Source: Catajapyx aquilonaris (Eukaryota). From it: a stretch of DNA of 64,000 bases. The notes under the pieces are model-generated. The model worked only from the letters and a program-made list of their open reading frames with translations. It was not told the origin of the DNA and made no database searches. Below, one piece after another: positions 54,416 to 64,000 of the stretch; positions within the stretch are counted from its first letter, which is position 1; each line of letters begins with the position of its first letter. Both the position numbers and the translations under genes were made by a program. The stretch lies in contig KZ538456.1 of NCBI GenBank assembly GCA_000934665.2, forward strand, positions 1 through 64,000. Direction: 5' to 3'.

Positions 54416-54994
54416 TGTCCTATAATGTACGAGTTCTTTTGGCTTTGACGTTTAGCGTGGCGAGTACTTTAGTACATACTGTACTTCGACAGTTATGCTC
54501 TGTCTGTCCAAGGTTGAAGGCCAGAGTAATCCACGAAACTTTGTGGGGATAGTTTAAAACAAGGGGACCATTACACATGTTAGGGAGACTGATCTGGTGT
54601 CATTCTCTCCTTCCCATCCATTTTGGTGCATATGTCTGCATATGTTGACATTGGTCTCTTACTATCAGCGGGATAGTTTAGTCCTAATATCGCGTTTTGG
54701 CATATGCCTATTTACATCGGTACAGATATGGTTACAGTTATAGTTGAAGTTTGTAAGATTACATTGCTGTTTATGTCGTATGTCGAATGCAGGGTACGAA
54801 GATTACAGATATTGTGAAAAGAGGAGGGGGTGGGGGAGGAAGGGGAAATATGGAGATAACAGGTGGGGGGGGGGGGGNAGTTGTAGTGTATAGGTAAAAA
54901 ATAGTCGGTTTATGTCTTTATGGGCTTATTTTCGCTATACCGGTACGTTATTAAAGATTTATATGAGAGTCCTACTTGGGGAAGGATAGATATA

Positions 54995-55272
54995 TTATTT
55001 AAAAATCTTATACTGGAGGCTATTGGTTATCCCTGGGTAGGCCTGTGGCCCCTGAGGTATCTTCTTTTGAATACCCGTCTTTATTTAATGGATGCGCTGG
55101 AGATGGATTTTGATTGTTGGAGAAAACGGAAGAGGAGAACCTCGAGAAACCAACACGAGAGAACCTACCAAAAGTAAATTTCCAAACGAGCAAATCACTT
55201 TGATCAGGGGATCGAATCCGGACAGATGGAAGGCTGCCAGTGGGGTTAACCACTACACCACCATGCCGCCGC
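54995..55272 (-). mobile_element. Degenerate tRNA-derived SINE
   Basis: - strand head GCATGGTGGTGTAGTGGTTAAC...GGATTCGATCCCC; 3' boundary approximate. Confidence 0.55.
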
Positions 55273-55799
55273 TCTGGGAGATGGATATTCCACAAGGGAG
55301 TAGGGTGTTATACGATCGTATTTTACAGTAAATAACTCTCTGGGGGGGTCCATCCTATTGTTACACTAAGCAGTCTTTGGAATGCAAGATGTCTGATGAA
55401 CACAGCAAGTGTTTTGACCGGAGTCGAAATCACGATTTTAGTTTAGTCTGTCTGGGGCATAATCCATAGACTATCACTATACAGTGCCCAGAATGACACA
55501 CTGTGACACTAGTCTGGATCAATATCTAGACTGCACGAGTACCCTAAAAGCCACACACCTACATCTCCCACAGTTCATCTCATATGAACATTGTAAATCA
55601 CCAGTATTATACCCAGATGGTTAAACTATCCAGATCTTAATATATGGAACCCAATACAGCAATATTTTAGACCTATACTCCAGCAGAATAATCCACAGTA
55701 TAATTGCCTTGTTGCTGGACCATTTGATATAACGTTTTCCCTGTAAAAAATTGAAATACTGCATGTTATGTACTCTCATTGCAGCCTCTAAATGAGGAA

Positions 55800-55843
55800 T
55801 ATTTCAACTTAGATGTGTCTATAGACACATCTAAGTTGAAATA
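55800..55843. repeat. Perfect 44-bp palindrome without spacer
   Basis: TATTTCAACTTAGATGTGTCTA|TAGACACATCTAAGTTGAAATA. Confidence 0.9.
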
Positions 55844-58800
55844 GTTCAGTTAGTTCAGTTAGTTGACAAAAACCAATGTAGTTTTAACGATGCTGCTCTG
55901 TACATGAGAAACTATTTGCCGCGCCATCACTATTTCGGTTTGCATTTTTAAATGCGGACAAGGGAAAATTGGAAGATGTTTTTAAAATACTCGTAGAGAT
56001 AAGAAGGATGGCGGTGGTGTTAAAGGAGACGCAGAGAAGACTGATGGGTGTGTTTTTCTGTACATGCAACAATTTCAAGTTACAGTTCAAATATCACAAA
56101 CTTATGGAGATAATATTCTTATAATCCTCAGCAAAACATTTGAACTGAAAAAATCTGCAAATCCAGACTATAAGGCCATGGATAAGCAATCTGATTTTTC
56201 CTACTTCAAAGGAGGATCAAGGCTTCCGACGTTTACTGCCATAAAAATGAATGACCGGTTGCCGGTGACTTACAGGGTGTTTTGACTTGCCGACAGGCTT
56301 GTCGCATATTGCGTCTTGGGCGACAAGCTGGAATCCATTTTTGGAGAACTGAACACCGTTTTGGGCCGACATCTTTCGGGCTTCTTCCCTCTGCCACTCG
56401 AGTGAAGCTCTGATCCGATTCACTTATTGAGAAGTGAAGCAAAAGTCTCCAGATGTTATATACCTGTATATTAAGGCAGCTCATTTGGTATGCTCTCTGA
56501 CTGCCACACCACACCTTTCTAGCATAGTTACGCAACGAACTGAATCATAGGAATAGAAAATGAAAACTGCAAGAAACATACTCAACACCAGATGTTTCTA
56601 TTCAACCAACGACATTACAATATGTATAAGTGATGAGGAGATTTTGCATACATCTTGTCAATACTTTCACCTTCCCCTATCGAGATGATGAAGTAATATG
56701 TTGCCAACAGATGTGGTAGTAGACTATGCGAGAGGTGAGGTGGCTAACTCATGCAGAAAAGTAGGGCTACTAGCTTATGTAGTAACAAATCATGTCAAGT
56801 TCATGACAAGTATGCCACAAGAATTAAGACATCACGAATATATTTGTTTAATCGCATTGGGTCTTTCCTAATGGCAGACAGCATGTGTAAGATACTGTAT
56901 TGCTTGTTTACAGTATCAGCACGTATAGTGAGACGAATATATTGAAGGTAGCATTAATATTCATTTTTGAAGTACCGGCATGGCGTCAATAGTCTCGTGC
57001 GTCAAACAAGGGTTAACGTAATAATCCTTCAATTCTCAATAGCATCCCGCCATTTCTTAATGATTTCAAGGTGCTAAACACGAATATGACAATTAAAATG
57101 CAAAATTGGCTACGGTTTCTGAGAAACCCGCAATAGTTTCTTATATAATAGAGCTATAAGTAGACACGTAGTACATATGGCATGTACCAGAAAAGGGTTA
57201 AAATATGAGTTAAAATCAGTATTTTCAAGTGCTTGAAAGCAGGAGGAGGCTTTAGGCAGTGCCTTTCACACCCAAAGTATAGTGAATTCTATTAACTCCC
57301 ATGTAAATATGAATTATAAAGTACATGGATCAGTTAGCTTTATGAATGTCACCAAAACACAGAGCAAAAGCAAAAAACAACTATAATACAACTTTTAAAC
57401 GATAATAACGCTGTTAGGAAAAGGAGACCAGCCGCCGATCTGCTAGTTACATTTTTTTCAAACTCCAAAAAGTAAACTAAATTAAACGTAATATGTACAG
57501 GATTGGCTTCGTCACTGACAACGTGTATAGAAGAAAATTGAGTAGGTCTATGGGAAGACAATTGCGCTGTGGAAAAATCAATAATAGCTATTTACATTAG
57601 AGATAATAAAAATCACCATCTTGGGTGTCTAAGTCATTGTCTAAACATCTTTCTTTCATGCACTAGATTTTTAAAAACTCTTTTTTGACGCTCATCCCCA
57701 TAATCTTCCCTAAGAAGTACCCTTATATTTCATAATTCAGTATTTCCAGCTTTACCATTTTATTCCTCATCCCAAGAAACTTCTATGCACCAAAAACCTT
57801 GCCGATATCACTTATAATATGTTATATGTAGCTTCCTCAGAGCCTTGCATAGTAGATCAATTTTTGACCTTTTGACCCCCGCATCTCAAAAACTATTGAG
57901 ATCTAGGACTTTTCAGGAAAGCTGTTTTCTTTCTAGCAGATAGATAACCTGAAAAAGCACAAGTTGAACATGAACTTAACAGAAATTCGCGTGGTTCCCT
58001 TGTGATTCGTATATACATGACCATATTTATGACCATGCCTGTTTCTCCTAAACTAGAGCCAATCAACAAACATTGTCATTTTCGTGTTCAGCACCTCGAA
58101 ATTAGTCAAGATTTGATATTTTTCAGTGTTGCCCAGTGTTATTAAAGTACCAAAATGCAACTCATGTCCGTCCTATCTTCAGAAAAATATTAGTAATAAT
58201 AATAATACCGAGGCGCCAACAACGTACCAGACATTTATTCAGAAAATATTATAATTTATAAATCCAAATTGCATTATCATATGAAAATATCAATTGGTAC
58301 AATTTGTGGGACTTTCGTTCCTGTTTAATAATCTACGTTATTAGAGCACTTTTTGAAGAAAAAAAAAAACAACACTATAACGCTCCAGCCCCCAGGGTTC
58401 AAGCCATTTGCCAGGGGTTTTCCTTTGATTATTATCTGTCTGAACTGGGCTAGATCTCTGCCTTGCTAAGGTGGAAAACCAATAAAGATATACTGTGCCA
58501 GATGGCTCAACAGGGGCGGTGCACTTATTAANNNNNNNNNNNCCCCCCCCCCCCCCCCCCCCCGACACGACATGGGGATTTTATCTTGCATCACTTACTA
58601 TTTGTTTCCTGCTAGAGTTGAACTGCTCATAGGATTTAACTTGATTAAAAAAAAACCTGGCACTATGACCAAATACTAGCTCAAAATTTCGCGGCACATT
58701 TCGAAATAACATTGTTGCCAAACGTTTTCCTAAAAGGTAACCCAGCAGATGGCAGCTGCGACGCGTCGTCTGCTGTATATTGCTACCTGCTGTATGACAC

Positions 58801-60186
58801 GACCTCCAAACCTATTTATTAATGGCCCTGAATATTGAATGCCCATGGCCCACTTACCTCACTAGCCATTGTCAGCTCTGCACAGAGTCCGATACAGAAT
58901 CAGAGTAGATGTGACAAAGCACGTGTCTTCAGCTGGTATTTAAGTCCCAAAAGTCGTCCCGTGCTGTGGGTTCATGACTACTGTCCCATAATCGCACCTG
59001 GCAGATGGGTGGATCGTCACAAGCAGACAACGTCAATTTATATCCAGTGGGAGCTGGATATAGGGGGCTAAAGGGCATTAAATAGTGCACGTGTCAGATG
59101 ATAGCTACACAAAGATATTTAGTGCTATTTACTAAGCTATTTACCAGGCTTTTCCGTTGTTCCTTGGGCCATGACAGCAAGGTCCTTCCTGGACTTATGA
59201 TGTATGATCAGTATAGTTGTAACTAGTCAGTCCCATGCTCTTCCCGATCTTTTACAGGATTTGTGGAGACATCCACCAAGGCCATCCACCAGCTGATAGT
59301 AGCTGAAGTGTACATGCATTACGTAATACAGATATGTCGACGCCTCCTTAGTCAGGCTCATATCGCAGAACCGCCTGTGCGGTTTTTTTGCAATCACGTT
59401 CCATAAACAAAACATGGCATGGCCTATTAATGGGCAGTATAATTCCATGAAGGCCGGAGTCACGCGGTCACATGTATTGGCAACAACGCGGAAATAAATA
59501 TGGCTGACTCCAGACGACGGTCTGCTCATCTCACGAGAGGCGGAAGTGGTTGGTAGTACAAAGCTGCGCGGATTGCTTCCATCCCTTGAGTGTAAGTGCC
59601 TGTTAAAGGCTGGGGTGGGCAGTGTAATATCTAATAGGCCTAAGTCGTTTTCCTTGCTATCGATCTGGCGCCAACTAGTTCCACTTGGGTTGACAGCTTG
59701 GTGGCGGGCGGCATCGGCACTGTGCCTTTTTTAAATGTATGGTAGCGGTACTAGTACCTGTGAGCGAAGTTTGAACTGGTGGAACAGTCAGCAGGAGCAG
59801 GCTTGAGGAGGTAGTGCGCAGGAGTTATGTTACAAGTACCAGTGTACCGGTAATTATTATTGTTTTTATATGTGAAAGTGGGTTGTATTGATTCAGTCAG
59901 AGAATATAGTGTCATTAGCCTTTAATTATCAGTTTTGTTATTGGCGTTGTTGAAAGCTGTTGTTGTTCGTTGAGACCTCAAAGGGTACCTTCCGTGCCAA
60001 TTCCATAATCAGAACACAGCCGTAACCTACGAAGGGCATACTTGGGGCGCTACCCTGGGCCGTACAATTCTGTCGCACCATTGTGATGTCAGCAGGGCTG
60101 GAGAGCCACGATCCATCTTTAACTATTTTGTTCCTGTTATGTGCCCAACTCCGTATGCATTACATGTGTTCAAGTACAGGGTAGCG

Positions 60187-60730
60187 GTATGGTTTAACTC
60201 CGGATGATTTGGAATTGATAAAATGTAACACGAGCCTGGAACTTTTCCATCACAATGAGGACTTAGAAAGAAGAAATAATTCCTCAGTATACGGACCAGT
60301 ACAAAAGGTTGTGCCTTCCATAGAACAATACTTCTCTTTTAATTTGCCTTTATCTCATTTGCGGCTGTGGCTAAACTTTAAAAAACAACTCGAGATCTAT
60401 TTGGATGCCAGGCCATAAGGTTGCGTTTTCTTTTCTTTGGATCACCATTGTGATTGGTGCAATATGGGTCAGGTCTTTTCTTGTTACCATCTTATGTTTG
60501 AATGCCCAATATTTAATACGCCTCGCAGTCATTACCTGAACAATGTTTCACATTATCCTCCAAATTGTTTTCATTTGACATTCTATGAACCCACTAAATT
60601 GATCATATTTGATGTATTTAATTTCTGTTTGTATGTGGGTAAATACATGTCCATATGTGTTGTATGAGGTTGTGCCCCCCTATAGGAGCAATGCTCCATA
60701 ATGGGTAATAAAAACAAATAAATAAACAAA
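60187..60730 (+). mobile_element. 5'-truncated non-LTR retrotransposon (3' end with CCHC zinc knuckle)
   Basis: Perfect 16-bp TSD CAAGTACAGGGTAGCG (60171-60186, 60731-60746); CDWC-x9-H-x4-CP motif; AATAAA and (TAAA/CAAA) tail. Confidence 0.85.
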
Positions 60731-61187
60731 CAAGTACAGGGTAGCGTAAGAGATGCTGATGTATTTACCTGCCATTCTTGGTCAAAAATGCACTTACGGA
60801 CTTATGCAGGTGCAGGCTAGCACCTTTAAACAAATCAGCGTTCACCTTCGTGGCTGATGGTTGTAATATTGCCCCACGTTATCAACAGTGAAGAGGAACA
60901 TTGAGTTATAGCAATGTCCTGCGTAAATGGGGCTAATTCTTTTTCAGTTAATGAGTATAGTCATCCACTCAGTTCCATTCAATTTCCAATTATCAGTCAC
61001 TTAATTAAAAACCATTCCCTCTCATTCCGTTAATTTTAAATAACCAGAATGAACTATGTCACTAATTAATGGTAGACCTTCTAATAATTAAATTGTGCCA
61101 TTTACTTTTAATCAGTATAAGAAAACATCTTGGTAGTAGGGCTAAAAATCATGCATGTTCTTGCTGCAACAAATAAGTACACATGGT

Positions 61188-61522
61188 GTGGTGGCCGAGA
61201 TGGTAACGTCTCAGCTTGCTGAGTGAAAGGTCCCAGGTTCGATCCCCGCCAGGGAGCCCCCTTTCGCCTGCGTCAGGAGGGTCTCTTACCCGCACCTTGG
61301 AGGTGTCTGGCAACCTATAACCTCCTAACCTGCTTACCGACATTGCACATGCACCCATGTCCCCTCCCCAAAGATCCCCATCCCTACCCTATTTCCTTTC
61401 GTCTTTGCGCTGGTGCTGAAGTAAAAATAAGAGAAATGGTATTTACAGTAGTTCTCTCACCCTCCCCCCTCCCTCCCCAAAAGGAGCTCCGTTCTAATGG
61501 GGTAACATAAAAATAAAAATAA
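61188..61522 (+). mobile_element. tRNA-derived SINE
   Basis: A box TGGCCGAGATGG, B box GGTTCGATCCC, (TAAAAA)n tail; TSD AAGT(A/G)CACATGGT (61175-61187, 61523-61535). Confidence 0.85.
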
Positions 61523-62289
61523 AAGTGCACATGGTAGAACTTTTCCCAACCAACTTTAACTTTTAATGTAGCTTTAAAAAAATATGTGCTGAATTCAAAA
61601 GCAGTCATGTGCAAATTCTTCCTAATTCTGTAATATTGGTTTTAAGCTGTTTGAGAAACAAGTATGTACTAGTAGTAAGGTATGTCAGATTTACCATATT
61701 AAATTATCAGGCTTTTATAGCCAAATTTACAGTTAGAGCAATTACAAAATCAGTGCAATACTAACATTATGCACATCCAATGAGGAAGAGATTTTTGATA
61801 GATGATAAATTCTCATTGTATGAATATACTTGCATGCTTGTACTGTATGTCTGCAAGGGGGAAAAAAAACTTCCCAATTTTTGTGCAACAGACATGGGTT
61901 TTAATTGGCACAATCATTGTCTAAAATTAGCAAAATTTTCCAGTCAGTTGCCCTGCCAATGGAAATATTTCAAGTATTTCCCCAAAACCAGGAAGCTGTT
62001 CTCATTGAAATCAGTCCAAACTCGTCTTGGGCACGCCTCGATTGTTATTTTGACATTAATGCAAGGCCTATTTATTACATTACCAAATTAAGCGCTATAT
62101 TTATGTATGGCACTGGATACCACTTGTACCATTGCAGGTGTACATTCTTCCCTTTTACCTGGATGGGGCTACTTTACTTTTGTGCCCCCTGCCCTCTAGC
62201 CATATATGTTAGTATCATTCTTTGGTTGATTGTGTAAGCAATAATAGATAAGTTGAATTGCATGATTTGTAGACTCTTGTTTGCTTGTC

Positions 62290-62580
62290 ACCATACGAAA
62301 TCAACTTAAAACGTCCGATAGACTAGAGTCATGGAGCCAGGCATTTTCTTACCTGGGAGGACAGGCAGGGAAAAGTTTGGGGTGAGGGTATGGGGGTAAA
62401 GAATATCATCATGCCACCTCAGGTACTTCAGGTTATGGTAGGTTAGGTTGCAAACCTTAAAATAGCAGGTAAAATAGTTGAGTATGTCACCAGGTATTGC
62501 CTCTATCACATGTATCACTGCTAGTTGGATAGTCGGATAAAGAAGGTTAACATGGAGAGCAGTAGGGAAGTGCAGTAGAC
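62290..62580 (-). pseudogene. Possible decayed LINE RT fragment
   Basis: - strand NLKYL...LVYRTF resembles the KYLG...LYKT RT C-terminal motifs; weak. Confidence 0.3.
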
Positions 62581-62620
62581 TAAATTCTGCCAGTTATTTT
62601 TTTTCACATACTAAAATAAT

Positions 62621-62888
62621 GGGGAGGTGTGGGGGTCGAGATGGTAACGTCTTGGCTTGCTGAGTGAAAGGTCCCAGGTTCGATCCCTGCCTGGGAGTTC
62701 CCTTTCACCTGCATCGGGAGGGTCTCTGACCTGTGCCTTGGAGGTGTCTGGCAATCTAACCTCCTAGGCCTAGGGGACTGCACATGGCCCAATTTGAGAC
62801 TGCACCTGCACCTGTGTCCCCTCCCCGAAAAATCCCTATCCTTACCTAATGTCCTTAACTCCTTGCACCGGAGATTGAAGGAAAAAAG
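62621..62888 (+). mobile_element. tRNA-derived SINE, same family as 61188
   Basis: Shares GAGATGGTAACGTC...GCTTGCTGAGTGAAAGGTCCCAGGTTCGATCCC and CCTTGGAGGTGTCTGGCAA; shorter 3' end. Confidence 0.8.
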
Positions 62889-62903
62889 CATATATCGTAT
62901 ATA

Positions 62904-63918
62904 CTAGCAGGTTACCCAGCGTTGCCTGGGTATGTTGGGGTGCTGGTAAAGGTAGGGGTAATACATATACACTATACAGTATATTAGGAAATGTGTTTGT
63001 TTGTAAAAATTTCCCTTCCATACACTCAAAACTCGATATGTCTTAAAATGGGCCTTATAAGTTACAATCACACCCCCACCTCATTCCATATGTTTGCTCT
63101 AAAGAACTTTAGAAATGTACGTACAGATGCATGGTGGAAAATTTTGTTTTCAACACGGAGTAATATTTGTAAATACTGTATTATTTTATTGTATTTACTT
63201 TTGTCTGGAAGTCTATTTTCAAATCCCACAAAATCCCGGAATTACCATAAGATACGAACTCACGTGAGGTGGCCAATTAGCGTAATTGAATTTACGGCGA
63301 TGGTTTAATTTGCTAGGTATTGTTACATAAGGGCATTTCGTAGGGGAGACGAAGTGGCGCTGCGGAAATGTGCCCACGGATGTTAAGGTCCCAGGTTCGA
63401 TCCCAACCCGGGGTTCCTCCCTTCATCTCGTGCAGGGTTGGGTCGTCTCTGGCTTCGTTTCGGGTGGAATCTCCTCAGACTAATCCACCCGGGGGAGTTC
63501 ACAAAATGTTTTGAGAATTGCACTTGCACCTTAGTCACCCTGCCCGTGGGCCCGGGCGCTACGTCAAAAAGGTTCCATCAAGACGAAATAAAGGTTCCCT
63601 CCCTGCGGTACGATACAGGGAGGTAAATAGCCATATTTAAAAAAAGGCATTTCCATGGGAATGAAAATTGATATATTGAACATTATTGATGTAAGTTAAT
63701 AATATTGTTAGGCCCGAGAAGTGAGAAGATTTGGGAATACGCGTGTTGTGGGAGTTAGGTTCATTTTCGGAAGCTGAAACATGCGGCGTTAGATTTCTTG
63801 GAAAAAGTGACCACCGATATGCTAATTTAAGGCAGTGTAGGGGCCTTCCCCTGGATTTCTATAAGGGACAAACAAACTCGCAAACGAACGAACTAAAATA
63901 TAGATTAAGATATATAGA
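62904..63918 (-). mobile_element. Non-autonomous Helitron
   Basis: - strand: A|TCTATATATC 5' end at 63918, simple-repeat tract near the 5' end, 3' hairpin TACCCAG-GCAACG-CTGGGTA then CTAG|T at 62904; A|T target, no TSD. Confidence 0.7.
63342..63643 (+). mobile_element. tRNA-derived SINE inserted in the Helitron; same head as 48667
   Basis: GGGAGACGAAGTGGCG...GGTTCGATCCC...GACTAATCCACCCGGGGGA; imperfect TSD AA(G/A)GGCATTTC. Confidence 0.8.
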
Positions 63919-63920
63919 TA

Positions 63921-64000
63921 CTAGAAAACTGATGGTGGTGTGCCACCCCCCTAATGGAGCGTCGATTCTCCCAAAATGGGGTGAAAATTTTTAAAAAATA
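63921..64000 (-). mobile_element. Probable 3' end of a second Helitron (truncated by window)
   Basis: - strand GGTGG-CACA-CCACC hairpin 9 nt before CTAG|T. Confidence 0.4.

Noticed and set aside
59227..59529. 100-aa - strand ATG ORF in a CpG-richer block
   Set aside because: No recognisable domain or splice support; may be promoter or UTR sequence.

Overview
Eukaryotic, intron-containing animal genomic DNA, probably an invertebrate (arthropod-like; the taxon cannot be fixed from sequence alone). Three spliced protein-coding genes could be reconstructed by hand with phase-consistent GT-AG junctions. (1) A BTB-BACK protein lacking a PHR/Kelch domain, resembling the Axundead-type arthropod family (+, CDS 8835-9991, ~329 aa). 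(2) TMEM184B (+, 6 coding exons, 23317-33380, ~469 aa). (3) A convergent SLC26A11-type anion transporter (-, 40415-35364, ~649 aa; 5' end uncertain). The rest is dense in non-autonomous mobile DNA: tRNA-derived SINEs with visible TSDs, a 5'-truncated LINE, two mariner derivatives, piggyBac/hAT/pogo/Tc1-type MITEs, Helitron-like elements and many long palindromes. The most notable observations are a set of hairpin elements sharing GTACTAT-N6-CAA ends at GTAC sites, a SINE>hAT-MITE>SINE nest with all three TSDs, a mirror-image mariner built from two 3' ends, a multi-hairpin composite in a TMEM184B intron, same-head SINEs with different stem-loop tails, and a complex SLC26A11 5' region. No prokaryotic-type system (CRISPR, operon) is supported. 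Most ORFs in the supplied track are spurious. All calls are from manual reading, with no database searches.
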